64,000 nt of DNA from Torpedo marmorata (lineage: Eukaryota). The notes beneath the pieces were generated by a model. That model had not been told where the DNA came from. It saw only the letters and a program-made list of their open reading frames with translations, and searched no databases. The stretch lies in the NCBI GenBank assembly GCA_977017645.1, contig OZ360237.1:8370001-8434000 (forward strand), given 5' to 3'. Positions within the stretch are counted from its first letter, which is position 1. Each line of letters begins with the position of its first letter. Of this stretch, positions 1 to 11,700 are shown piece by piece. The translations under genes and the position numbers were made by a program.

Positions 1-843
1 TCATCTCATTAGACTGAAAATAGAACAAGTGTGGCTTGGGCACATAAACATAACAACTTTGTTCTTATATCTAACTTTTGATGAGTATACTATGAATATA
101 TGCAAAAAATGACAAGATAAGCTACATGTTCTAACATTAACATTTCAATAGATTGCAGGTTATAAAGTTACAATCTGTACAGTCATTTCATTAATATTTC
201 ATCCATGAGAGTGTTACATTTTCTTCTAATCCTGTGTAGCAAATAAAAATATCTGAAAATTTATCTAGTACCCTTTGGTTTTGCCTTGATATGTTTTACA
301 CTGCAGAACTCTTCTGGAAGGAATTTAGATGAGAACCCTCATAGAAGACTCAATATTTCTTGAGAGCTCGATCTGTGCCATCATTTGGACCCATTGATCT
401 CATGAACACAAATACCCCCACAAATACCTAATTGCTGAGAATAAAAAGGATAAATATATTGTCTTATCATGTCTCAACACAGCTAATGAAATAACATTGG
501 AAGAACAGTCACTGATTCCAAACTGAAGAGTATTACGTGCTCCCATTTTCAGTACATTTTCATTTGAGTGGGACTTTAAGAGAACAAATCAAACTGCAAG
601 CCCTGCAGGCTCTGGAGATTAACTGTGGGTTGAAAGGCTGGGGACAGCGTGTACTCAAATTGGATACTTCTGAAGAGAGAGGAAGTGGCCCTGGAAAACA
701 CAGGTGCAGAGACCATGTTCAAGAAACAGTACTCGGTTTGATCGGGGGCCATTTTAAGGAGACAGCACTTGGAGAAGCATCCTTTGAAGGGATACTGTGC
801 TGAAGGGCCTCATGTGTAATAGACAATTTGTCTGATTTCACCA

Positions 844-1416
844 TGTTATAGGGGAATGAGTATACTACTCCGTGACCAAAAAGGGAAGGTCACTTTGAAC
901 AGCTGACCCACGAAAGTGTTCTGGAAGCAGAAGAAATACTGCAATTCAGCTGACCCACGAAAGGGTTTTGGAAGCTTAGTGAGAATCACTTGCTTCGTGT
1001 CCCCTCCGCAAATAAAAGGGGAGTTTTGATTGCCACTCGTCTGAAAAGGACATTTCTCTGGAAGTCTCGACAAGGATTTCGTGAGTTTATGACAGTCTGT
1101 CACCCCGGTCTCTCCCACCTACTTCGTGAACTTCTTTGCATCCATTTCAAGCCTGCGTGTCAACATTGGATTTTCTGAGTCTGAACTTTGAACTGCCTTT
1201 CGAGAATTGTACCTGAGCTGTAGTGGCTTGGGGTATTCCACACACATAAGTATATTCGCACATAGTTGGGGGTTAAGTAGATACGTTTAGATAAGTTAGA
1301 TAAGTTTAGATCAATTAGATAAGGTGTTATATTATTGTTAATTAATAATTACAAATATTATTTTAAATATAACACTATCTAGGCTCATTTCTATTGCTGC
1401 TGTCTGGTACATAACA
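844..1416 (+). mobile_element. Probable solo LTR (573 bp)
   Basis: Begins TGTTAT (844) and ends ATAACA (1416), i.e. TG...CA inverted termini. Internal 28-bp direct repeat AGCTGACCCACGAAAG.GTT.TGGAAGC at 901 and 948, and short AGATAAGTT repeats near 1290-1322. No matching target-site duplication seen; strand is tentative. Confidence 0.5.
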
Positions 1417-4400
1417 AGAAGAACTACATTATACTGCAGGTGGGGGGTGGGGAGGGGGGAGATGAGGAAGTGGTTTCTACAGGAGCAGCTGCAGTGTTAA
1501 TTGTACTATTTTATGAGATAAATAATGAATTGAGACTGCTCGAGGACTTACAATGATGATGAAAGTTTCTTGCCCAGTTTCAAAATTCAATTCTCTTCCT
1601 CCAGTGTGTGTATTAAATATGTTATTTTAAAACCATAACAAGAATGCTGATCTGAATTGGTCCATACTAAGTATCCACACCAATCTGTTTTTCCATTGAC
1701 GAACCTTGTATTGGCCAGAGAATTGTGTGCTGTACAATATGTTACTCAATTTATCACTGATATATTCTCTCAAAAATGTTTATATTATAATTTTACTATT
1801 TTGAAATAATGGCATGATAATTCAGCAGTATCGTTTTAAGTAAAAGCTCCAGTGCAGAGAATTTTAACTGCAGATATCTGGAACTAATCAGATATCTGGC
1901 ATCTGGTGTCAGCCTGTAGTCTGTCTCTGTAAGGATATTTATGGGTGAGCCACACTCCTCCCTGAGGTTATTGGAAGAGGCTAGAATACTCCCACTGGCA
2001 GTCTGCAGACCTAATGAGACTATGGAGGTGCGATGCCAATTCTTTACACAGTACATCAATACAATTTCATGATGAACAATATGTTCTTAGGTGATTAAAC
2101 AATATTCAAAAATAATACAAGGTGACTCTTTCATGGGAACTGATGTACAATATTTGTGCATATTATCTGGGGAAAAATTATGTTTGTTCAGAAAAAATCA
2201 AGGGCCAAGTTTTTTATAATTGGTATTTATTCTTGAACAAAAGAAGCCATATAAAAGTGCAATATTGTAAGGAAGTGCTGAAGCACAATCTTATGAGTTA
2301 CTTCATGAATTCCTACCCTCTCTGCAAATAAATCAACAAATATACCGGTAAGTATAAAATTATTGAGCAGAATTCTGATTTTTGCCTGATTTGGTCTAAA
2401 ATTTATCTTTGACAAATACAGACACCATTCTGCAATTTAACTGTCAAATTGTAAAGTCAAAGATATTATTCCAGGTTAGATCAGGTATTGGTGAATTTTC
2501 AATGCATCACCAGAACAGTGAAAGAAAAAATAGTTTAGAAAGATGTGGGTGCAGTCACTATTAGTTCATTTTCACATCGTAACAGAGAAAAGGTATAGCC
2601 CAAGAATGTGCTCCAGTTTCCACCTAGTTTAGTTTCTAGCCAAATGAGAAGGCTTGAGTTAGTATAATCTCCAGTTCAAGGAGTAGCAGCAGGGGAAATG
2701 CACCGGGCACCAGGTTCAGCCGGTTGGAATGCTACATGGAGAGGCTCCACCTCATCAGAAAGATTGTCTCTCACAACATGCTGAGGCTATCAGTCATGAT
2801 AATGAGAGCCATTACTGGAAATATATAATGATGAAGCACAAAACGAAACCATTCAGTCCATTGGGCCTGTGCCTCTGAAAAGATTTACCAATTGTCCTGT
2901 CTTTTTGTACAGCCCTGTACGCTTTTCTTCATCATATTTTGCTAATTATTTTTCCAGAATTTATTGCTGAATCTGCCATTACCTCTCTAATTTGCAGTGA
3001 AATCCAGATCACAACTTGGCCTATAATATTTTTCTTTTGCCCGTTAGCTTAATTTTTAATTATCTATTTCCAAGGCCTTCAGCCATGAAACAAATTTCAA
3101 CAAATCTCCTTGTGATTGTGAACACGTCTATCAAATATCAACCTTGCTGTGAGGAGAGTAATCTTAGTTCCTTTATTTGTTCCTCTCGATTTTCCTTCAT
3201 CCTGGTAAAACTCTAGTGAATTTGCTGTTAAGGTTCTTTAAGGTTTTGACTTTATCTATAAAAGTGTAGTAGCCTGAGGCCAAATGATTGTTTTATAATA
3301 TTTACTTTCATTCTTTGATGGGATGTGGCCATTATGGATGTGCTCTTCCCTAGTTGTCATTATCGGTAACGAAGACGGCCATTGCTCGGCGCGTATGTTT
3401 GACTTCACGGCGGCGCTACTGCACCACTCGCCCCGCCTCCCTCAGATCGGGAAGCCGGCTCCTGATGCAGCTCAGCATAAAGACAACGCTGGAAACGTCA
3501 TATAGGTCGTCACTATAAAAAGTAAGTTCACCCTTTTATTTTTTTTATTGAGCCTTCTTTATTGCGGGGTTGCACCATGAAGAGAGCTATTGAAAAGGTT
3601 TTGCAGATTCATCTTCTTGAACCATTACTGTTCTTATGTTTAGAGTATTCTAAATATCTTTAAGTTGCATATTTCAGCATCATAAACCAGCCCTGTTGAA
3701 GCATCAGAAACATACCTCCAAGATTGATGGTGTGTAAACCTAACTCTATATCTAGCCCTAACCTCAACCCTAATTGTGTTACTGCATCCTATTCTTCCAG
3801 AAGGTAGAACTTTCCTAAGTTTGGTGAATGCTGTCAAAAAAGCCTTGATGAGTAACTGGAGTGCCATTGATGGAGAGTATGAATATTTAGGATGGAGTAT
3901 TTATTGCAGGCAGTTTTTCCTTCTTAGTGTGAAACTTCTTGAGTGTTATTGAAGATAGCCCTAAGCTGGAGAGTCAGTGGAAAGTGTTCCAGCACAACCA
4001 TGGCTTTTCACTATGGATACTGGGAAATTGGGAAGACATTTACGCAGTGTAGATTATCCAGACTTTGACCTGCTCTTGTAAGGGCAGTATTTATGTGGCC
4101 AGTCCAGTTCAGTTTGTCAATTACCATTGCTTTTCATTTATCCAGTGATCAGTAACTTGCTGTCATTATGGGAAAATAAGTAATATGTGTTCAAGACTGT
4201 GATGGCTGGGGGAATAAAGACATAACTTAAAATTCCTGTGCCACACTTAACTTTCAGTCTACAAGGTGGCACTATAATATTCCATACACTGCCAATTAAT
4301 CAACTCAACAATAAAGCTCAAATCTCTTGGTTTCATGTAATCCCCTAATGTTTCAGTAAGAGGAATCTGTGCTGGTCTCTTTTAGTGGTTATAGTCAAGA

Positions 4401-4449
4401 GTATTCATATTAGGAATTTCACTGCTTTCACTTTGCCAGTTTGTACCAA

Positions 4450-7400
4450 ATCAGAATCAGAATCAGTATCAGAATTTATTGTCATGAACAAGTCATAAAA
4501 TTCGGTGTTTTGTGGCAGCATCATAGTGCAAACATTCATATTATTACCATCTTACGACATTACTATAAAAAAAATAAATAATAGTGCCACGAAAAGCATT
4601 GATTATTCAGGAATCTGATGGCAGCGGGGAAGAAGCTGTCCTTGTGCCGTTGAGTGCTCGTCTTTAGGCTCCTGTACCTTTTTCCCGATGGTAGTAGAGT
4701 AAAGAGGGCATGACCTGGGTGGTGGGAGTCTTTGAGGACAGAGGCTGCTTTTTTAAGACACCGCCTCGTGTAGATGTCCTCGATGGAGTGAGTCTGGTGC
4801 CTGTGATGTCACAGGCCGAGTTAACAACCCTCTGGAGTTTATTCTTGTCCTGAGAGTTGGCGCCTCCATACCAGGCAGTAATGCAACCAGCCAGAATGCT
4901 CTCCACGGTACACCTGTAGAAGTTTACAAGAGTCTTCGGTGACATACCGAATCTCCTCAGATACCTCACAAAGTATAGCCGCTGGCGAGCCTTCTTTGTG
5001 ATTGCATCAACGTGGAGGCTCCAGGACAGATCCTCGAAGATGTTGACACCCAGGAATTTGAAGTTCTTGATCCTCTCCACTACTGAGCCCTCGATGAGGA
5101 CTGGGTTGTGTTCCCCTGACTTCCTCCTGAAGTCCACAATCATCTCCTAGGTTTTGCTGACATTGAGCGCAAGGTTGTTGTCGTTACACCATTCAACGAG
5201 CTGATCTATCTCCCTCCTGTACGCTTACTCATTGCTGTTTGTGATTCTGCCGACAACTGTGGTGTCATCGGCAAATTTGTAGATGGCATTGGAATTGTGC
5301 CTGGCCCCACAGTCATGGGTGTATAACGAGTAGAGCAGTGGACTAAGCACGCATCCTTGGGGTGCGCCTGTGTTGATAATCAGTGAGGAGGAGACGTTGT
5401 TTCCAATTCGTACTGACTGTGGTCTTCCGATGAGAAAGTCAAGGATCCAGTTGCAGACGCCTAGTTTGTAGCTTCTTGACCAGCACTGAGGGAATAATGG
5501 TATTGAAGGCCGAGCTGTAGTCGATGAAGAGCAGCCGTATGTATGAATTGCTCTTTTCGAGGTGATCCAGAGCTGAATGGAGAGCCAGCAATATTGCATC
5601 TGCTGTGGAGCGATTGTGACGATAGGCGAATTGCAGTGGGTCCAGATCTTTGCTTAGGTACGTGTTAATTCTGGCCATGACCAGCCTCTCAAAGCATTTC
5701 ATCACAGTAGAAGTTAGTGCTACTGGCCGATAGACGTTGAGGCAGCCCACACTACTCTTCTTGGGTACCGGGATGATTGATGCCCTTTTGAAGCAGGTGG
5801 GATCCTCTGACTGCCGCAATGAGAGGTTGAAAATGTCCGTGAACACTCCGGCTAGTTGGTTGGCACAGAATTTCAGTACCCTGCCAGGTACGCCGTCAGG
5901 GCCTGATGCCTTGCGAGGGTTCAACCTCTTGAATGATGTTCTGACGTCGCCCTCAGAGACAGATATCACAGGATCCTCAGCCTTTTCAGGGATTCTAATA
6001 GGCACTGTTTGGTTCTTCTTCTCAAAGCGGGCATAGAAGGTGTTCAGCTCATCGGGTAGTGAAGCATCACAGCCGTCTATAGTGTTCGCCCTTGCTTTGT
6101 AGGCTGTAATGGCCTGCACTCCCTGCCATAGTGGCGTGTATCTGTCTCTGTCTCTAGCTTCCTCCGGAATTGCCACTTTGTTTCAGAGATGGCCTTCCGC
6201 AGGTCGTGCCTGGACTTCTTGTAAAGATCTCGATCCCCGGCCTTAAACGCCCTTGTTCTTGCCCTCAGCAGGTTGCAAATTCTCTGATTCATCCAGGGCT
6301 TCTGGTTGGGGAACACCTGGTATTTGCGCGTGGGCACACACTCATCCACGCAGGTCTTGATGAAGTCGGTGACACCTGTTGCATATTCATTCAGGTCTAT
6401 GGATGAGTTCTTGAATATGTTCCAGTCCACCGATTGAAAGCAGTCCTGCAGACGCTCCTCCGCCTCCCTCGACCATACTTTCGCCGTCCTCACCACTGGT
6501 GCTGTGGTCTTCAGTCTCTGCTTGTAAGCCAGGAGTAGAAGTACAGCCAGATGATCAGACTTGCCGAAGTGCGGTCGTGGTATGGCTCGGTATGCGTTCT
6601 TCACGGTGGTGTAGCAGTGGTCGAGTGTGTTGGTTCCCCTGGTCTTGCATGTGACGTGTTGGTGGTAGTTTGTCAGTGACTTCTTCAGGTTGGCCTGATT
6701 GAAGACTCTCACAATGATCGGAAAGGCATCAGAATGTGCTGTCTCATGGCTGTTTATCACAGTGCTCAGTCCCTCCAGTTCCAGCCTGACGTTAGCCTGG
6801 GGTGGAATGTACACTGCTACCAAGATGATGGCGGTGAACTCCCTCGGCAGGTAGAATGGGTGACACTTAATCGCCAGATGTTCCAGGTTGGGGGAGCAGG
6901 ACTGGGACATGACCGCCATGTCTGTGCACCACGATGAATTGATGATGGCACAAACACCGCCTCCCCTTGTTTTTCCAGACGCTGGTGTTCGGTCAGCGCG
7001 AGGGAAGGTGTAGCCCTTGGGCTGCAGCGCCGTGTCCGGAATGTCCGCGTTTAGCCACGTTTTTGTAAAGCACATCACGCAGCACTCCCTGATGACTCTC
7101 TGATGTTGAAGTCTGGCTTGGAGTTCATCAAGTTTGCTCTCCAAGTATTGTACGTTGGCCAGGAGGATGGTAGGGAGCGGAAGCTTCAGGTCCCCGCGTC
7201 TCTGCTTGACCTGTAGCCCCCCTCTGCGTCTACGTGGTTGGGTCTCCTTTACCTGGCCCGTGGGTCCGCTGCTGGTAGTTCCCGCGGTGTTTAAATGGTC
7301 CGTGCACTGACCCTTTAAATCCTCCGCGATGTGTAAGTGTGCTGAGTGCCTGCTGTCTGCGACTCCCGCGAAGTTTAAATGGCCCGTTCTCTGGCTGTTT

Positions 7401-7650
7401 AAAACTCCCGCGGTGTTGTTGTATTTGCATGAACTGTTTAAAGGTCCCGCAGCCCGATGGAGACTGCCGATTCTGCCGATTTCGAGGTCTGCCAGCGATC
7501 TTTGTACATCCATGTTGTCGGGTAAGTTTGATTTTATGTTTCTCGTTTTTTGTTTGATTTTTAGAAGCTCTGAACGGGAGTATTTGATTATTCCCGTCAG
7601 AGCTGCACGCAAAGAGTCGCCGCTGTAAGGTGCTATTTTTGACCATTTTT
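4450..7650 (-). mobile_element. Near full-length Rex1/Babar-type LINE (APE endonuclease + RT), disabled
   Basis: Consecutive minus-strand ORF pieces encode an APE domain (ILLANVQ, CVMCFTKTWL, RGGGVC, AVYIPP, TLDHCY, GKSDHLAV) and an RT ([55 protein letters not shown]). 3' tail is AATAAA followed by (TCTGAT)n at 4450-4480. Confidence 0.93.
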
Positions 7651-7654
7651 GCAT
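4597..7654 (-). pseudogene. Disrupted Rex1/Babar EN-RT ORF
   Basis: Split over ORFs 6077-7654, 5439-6176, 5225-5599 and 4664-5143. A frameshift near 6130 is inferred from the ORF break. Comparison with the copy at 47778-48935 shows a deletion near 5457, a GAA>TAA stop at 5225-5227 and a 1-bp deletion near 4791. The ATG at 7654 is formed by the flanking (TA)n and is probably not the native start. Confidence 0.88.
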
Positions 7655-7675
7655 ATATATATATATATATATATA

Positions 7676-7986
7676 TGTAGCGCCTGCTTAATGGCAGCGC
7701 TGCAAGAATAGAGACACGTCTACACACAGAGTAGGTGAACTAGTAACTCACTTTATTCAAACACCGCGCGCACTTATATGGGTACAACCCACTTCCTGTC
7801 CTCGTGCGCTGGGTCACGGAAGTGACGTCAGCGTGCTACATAGGAACAAGGCGTCACCCCCTAGCAACACGTTCTTTAATCCTGGCGCTTCTCCTCAACA
7901 GGGAGAAAGTCCCTGCGCCATCTTGCTCCGTCTGCATGTCGCGGCGATTCGGCCCATTGTGTGTGGAGCTGGACAGGCCCGCTACA
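7676..7986 (-). mobile_element. Solo LTR (311 bp, Gypsy-like) inserted in a (TA)n tract
   Basis: Inverted termini TGTAGCG...CGCTACA with (TA)n on both sides. On the minus strand a TATA-like ATATAAG (7773-7779) is followed by AATAAA (7752-7757). CpG-rich. Confidence 0.75.
7817..7830. promoter_or_regulatory. Overlapping ETS-CRE motif inside the LTR
   Basis: CGGAAGTGACGTCA is an ETS core plus a perfect palindromic CRE. A second ETS core ACTTCCTG lies near 7791 and a YY1-like GCGCCATCTT at 7915-7924. Confidence 0.5.
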
Positions 7987-8009
7987 TATATATATATATA
8001 TATATATAT

Positions 8010-8155
8010 ACATATTTTAATTATATCTTTATGTATATATGTGATTATTATGTAGTGTGCATTGTGTGCTTATGTGTGCCCACCTTGATCTTGAGAAACA
8101 CTGTTTCGTTGGGTTGTATATGTACAGTCAGATGATATATAATGAAGTTGAACTT
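8010..8155 (+). mobile_element. Old LINE 3' UTR remnant (Rex-like, TTGAAC-type tail)
   Basis: GAGAAACACTGTTTCGTTGGGTTGT...GATGAT...GTTGAACTT resembles the reverse complement of 12305-12385. Confidence 0.5.
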
Positions 8156-8476
8156 AAAAGTATGGATGTGTGCTTGGAAACTGTCAGCCTATTCAATGCA
8201 ATCATACAGCACTACTTAAATGCAACCAACACAATACAGTACCAATGATTTGATAAGGAAGGATACAAAATAAAATGAGGAATAGGCCATTTATCCATTT
8301 GCATGGGTTGCGTAGTGGTTAGTGCAACGCTATTACAGCGGCAGTGACCTAGGACAGAACCAGCACTGTCTGTAAAGAGTTTGTATGTTTTTCCCGTGTC
8401 TGTGTGGGTTTTCCCCAGGTGCCCCGGTTTCCTCCCACCTTTCAAAACATGCAGGAGTTGTAGTTTGTTTGGTGTA

Positions 8477-9740
8477 CAGTGAAACCCCGATTTTACGTGC
8501 CCCGATTTAACGCGAATTCGGATACAACGCAATGAGTCATTAGACTCAGGCGTCGGGGGCGTCGGACGCCCGGCAGGTGTGGGGGTGTCGGGCTCCGGGC
8601 AGGAGCGGGGGCGTCGGGCTCCCGGCAGGAGCAGGGGCTTCGGGCTCCCGGCAGGAGCGGGGACGTCGGGCTCCCGGCAGGAGCAGGGGCTTCGGGCTCC
8701 CGGCAGGAGCGGGGACGTCGGGCTCCCGGCAGGAGCGGGGATGTCGGGCTCACGGCAGGAGCGGGGGTGTCGGGCTCCCGGCAGGAGCGGGGATGTCGGG
8801 CTCTCGGCAGGAGCGGGGGCGTCGGGATCCCGGCAGGAGTGGGGATGTCGGGCTCACGGCAGGAGCGGGGGTGTCGGGCTCCCGGCAGGAGCGGGGGCGT
8901 CGGGCTGCCGGCAGGAGCGGGGAAGTCGGGCTCCCGGCAGGAGCGGGGATGTCGGGATCCCAGCAGGAGTGGGGATGTCGGGCTCCCGGCAGGAGCGGGG
9001 ACGTCGGGATCCCGGCAGGAGTGGGGATGTCGGGCTCCCGGCAGGAGCGGGGACGTCGGGATCCCGGCAGGAGTGGGGATGTCGGGCTCCCGGCAGGAGC
9101 GGGGACGTCGGGATCCCGGCAGGAGCGGGGACGTCGGGCTCCCGGCAGGAGCGGGGGCGTCGGGCTCCCGGCAGGAGCGGGGACGTCGGGCTCCCGGCAG
9201 GAGCGGGGATGTCGGGCTCCTGGCAGGAGCGGGGATGTCGGGCTCCCGGCAGGAGCGGGGGCGTCGGGATCCCGGCAGGAGTGGGGACGTCGGGATCCCA
9301 GCAGGAGCGGGGATGTCGGGCTCCCGGCAGGAGCGGGGGCGTCGGGATCCCGGCAGGAGTGGGGATGTCGGGCTCTCGGCAGGAGCGGGGATGTCGGGCT
9401 CCCGGCAGGAGCGGGGACGTCGGGATCCCAGCAGGAGCGGGGACGTCGGGATCCCAGCAGGAGCGGGGACGTCGGGATCCCAGCAGGAGCGGGGATGTCG
9501 GGCTCCCGGCAGGAGCAGGGACGTCGGGCTGCCGGCAGGAGCAGGGGCATCGGGCTCCCGGATTAATTTAAAATGCATACAGAATAACTGGGATGTTCCA
9601 AATAAAGGAGAAATGGAAATGATGTTGGTATGCAAATTAAACAGGGAAATACAGTGAAACCCCGATTTAGCGCGACCCTGTTTTTTTTCACGATGAAATT
9701 TTATGGACCCCAACGATCGCGTTATAACGGGGTTTCACTG
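8477..9740. mobile_element. Non-autonomous Tc1/pogo (Tigger-like) element carrying a minisatellite
   Basis: TIRs CAGTGAAACCCCG (8477) and CGGGGTTTCACTG (ending 9740), with TA duplicated at 8475-8476 and 9741-9742. An extra left-TIR copy preceded by TA sits at 9652. Confidence 0.88.
8550..9561 (+). repeat. GC-rich 26-bp minisatellite, about 39 copies
   Basis: Unit GTCGGGCTCCCGGCAGGAGCGGGGAC with variants. The translated ORFs repeat every 26 aa (3 units), confirming the 26-bp period. Confidence 0.97.
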
Positions 9741-9809
9741 TATTTGGGTGGCACGGGCCAGAAGGGCCTGTTTCCATGCTGTTCGTTTAATTTAAATTTA
9801 AATTAAACT

Positions 9810-11100
9810 CTCAGCCATTCAGTAAAATCAAAGCTGGTCTTTTACCTAAAGGTCATTTTCCTGCACTAAAACCATATCCCTAGCATCCAAAAGTATATTG
9901 GTCTCTATGTAGAATATATAGTCCTGTAATGAGAATTGCGAAGATTTGCTAACCTTTGAATGTAGAAGTTTCTTATCATCTCAGTCCTGATTCTATTATC
10001 AAAACTTTAACTCTGCATCTGCCTTGTCAAGCCTGGTACAGATTCAGTACATTTCAATGCGATCACTTCCTTCTTTTCTAAACTGTGATGAGTGGAGGCT
10101 CAGAATGTTTAATCAAAGGATAATCCCCCCATTCCAGGAATCAATCTTGTGAAACTTGTGTGCACTCCTACTGCAAGTATATTTTTCCTTGTTTTGATAC
10201 ACCAGACCTGCAAACAATGTGCAAGTGCCATCTCACAGATGTTCTATTTAATTTCAAAGACATCTTTGATCTTTTATTTTAAATTTATTGCAATCAAGGG
10301 CAATATTCTGTTTGTCATCAGAATTACTTGCAGTTCCTGCATGTTCACTTTCAATGATTTTTGAATGCTCGGGCACCTAAATCCCTCAAAATTTAAACCC
10401 CTTTCAATGTCTGACTATTAAAAAAATAACTTTTCTTTTTGACCAACATTCATGATTTTTACATGTTATATTCCAGTCTGCCAATCATTGCCCATTCACT
10501 TAGTCTGCCCATATTCCTTTGGAGTCTCTCTACACCCTCGTCACAACTCATCTTGCCACCCTTTGGGTCATCAGCAAACCTAGATAAAATATACTTGGTC
10601 CCCTCATCCCACTTATTGACAAAGATTGTGAATAACTTGGCCCCCAGCCCCAACCACAGTGACATTCCACTGGTCACAGCCTCCCATGTGCAATTGACCT
10701 GTTTATTCTTGTTGGGTTTTCTCTTCAAAAACCAATCCTCAATATTATCCTAAAAACCAACATTCTTTTGTGTAATCTCTTGAAATGCACCTTTGTGAAA
10801 GTCTTCTGTATGTCTCAATACATCACACTGATTCATTGTCCCTTATACATTCTGCTTGTTACAATCTCAAAACTGTCAACAGATTTGTCAAACATAAATT
10901 CTCTTCGATAAACCCACATGGTCTATTATTATTGTCTAAGTGCCCTGCTGCCATTTTCTTATTCATAGATACATGCATTTTCTCTTCCACTGATGTGAGG
11001 CCAGCTGGTTTTTTTTTCTTTCTTGAATGGTGGATACTTACTTGCTGCCTTCCTATCTCTGGGAATCATTCTAGAATATATGGAATTTTGGAATTTGAAT
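9810..11100 (-). mobile_element. Old degraded CR1-like LINE RT fragment
   Basis: ORF 10459-10728 reads WEAVTSG...LGAKLFTIFVNKWDEG...SRFADDPKGG...LQRNMGRLSEWA, matching CR1 RT motifs. Boundaries approximate. Confidence 0.7.
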
Positions 11101-11309
11101 GGGGCTCATGTGGTTTTGAAAGCTGAGTCGTCTCAAGATACTTTGATCAGCTTTAGTCATAATAACAATGTCTTTACACAAATTTAGGCTCATTCTTCAG
11201 ATCAACTTCAGTGCCTGTAGTAGGTTTGATGAAGTTCAATGTACACATTTTGTTGGGGTGCAATAATCTTGCATGTTGCTCACATTTACACTGATGCAAC
11301 AAGCCTGGA

Positions 11310-11700
11310 TTGCGGTTACCACATTAGTAGTTATTTTTCAAATCCTTTCATGATCTTGCACTTGAATAAACTCCTTGTTCTACAACACTCTGGAACCATT
11401 ATGCTTCTCTAGTTCTTGATTCTTGTGCATCACCCATTTAATCGTTCCACCACTGTGGGATGTTCTTTCAGCAAACTGGGTCCCAAACTCTGGAATTATT
11501 TTCCTAAACTTCTCGACCTCTCCACTATACTTTTATCCTTTAAAATGGTATTTAAAGTGACCTTTGACCAAGTTTGGACCATTTGTTGAATTTTATTATT
11601 ATATTGTTTTATCAATTTTCTTTAAAAAATACTTGGTGAAGTACCTTGGGATAATTTCCTATGATTATGGCACTATAAAAGAGGAAGTTATTGTTATATG
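11310..11700 (+). mobile_element. Old L2-like LINE 3' fragment
   Basis: TTTTCAAATCCTTTCATG...AAACTCTGGAATT... and tail GGCACTATAAAAGAGGAAGTTATTGTT, similar to the L2-like end near 38910-38940. Confidence 0.5.

Larger units (their letters stand above)
8305..9806 (+). mobile_element. tRNA-derived V-SINE (HE1-like) split by a MITE; SINE parts 8305-8476 and 9741-9806
   Basis: tRNA-like head and V-domain GAGTTTGTATGTTTTTCCCGTGTCTGTGTGGGTTTTCCCCAGGTGCCCCGGTTTCCTCCCAC. The 3' part GGCACGGGCCAGAAGGGCCTGTT resumes after 9742 and is collinear with the copy at 46292. Confidence 0.85.

Noticed and set aside
4259-4274. CTCF-like CTACAAGGTGGCACTA (also a weaker match near 35910)
   Set aside because: Two mismatches to the core; expected by chance in 64 kb without ChIP or conservation data.
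8550-9561. CRISPR-like array
   Set aside because: Head-to-tail repeats without unique spacers, no cas genes, eukaryotic context.
8493-9713. Five long ORFs (266-406 aa) on both strands
   Set aside because: Artefact of a stop-free 26-bp minisatellite; all frames give the same periodic peptide.
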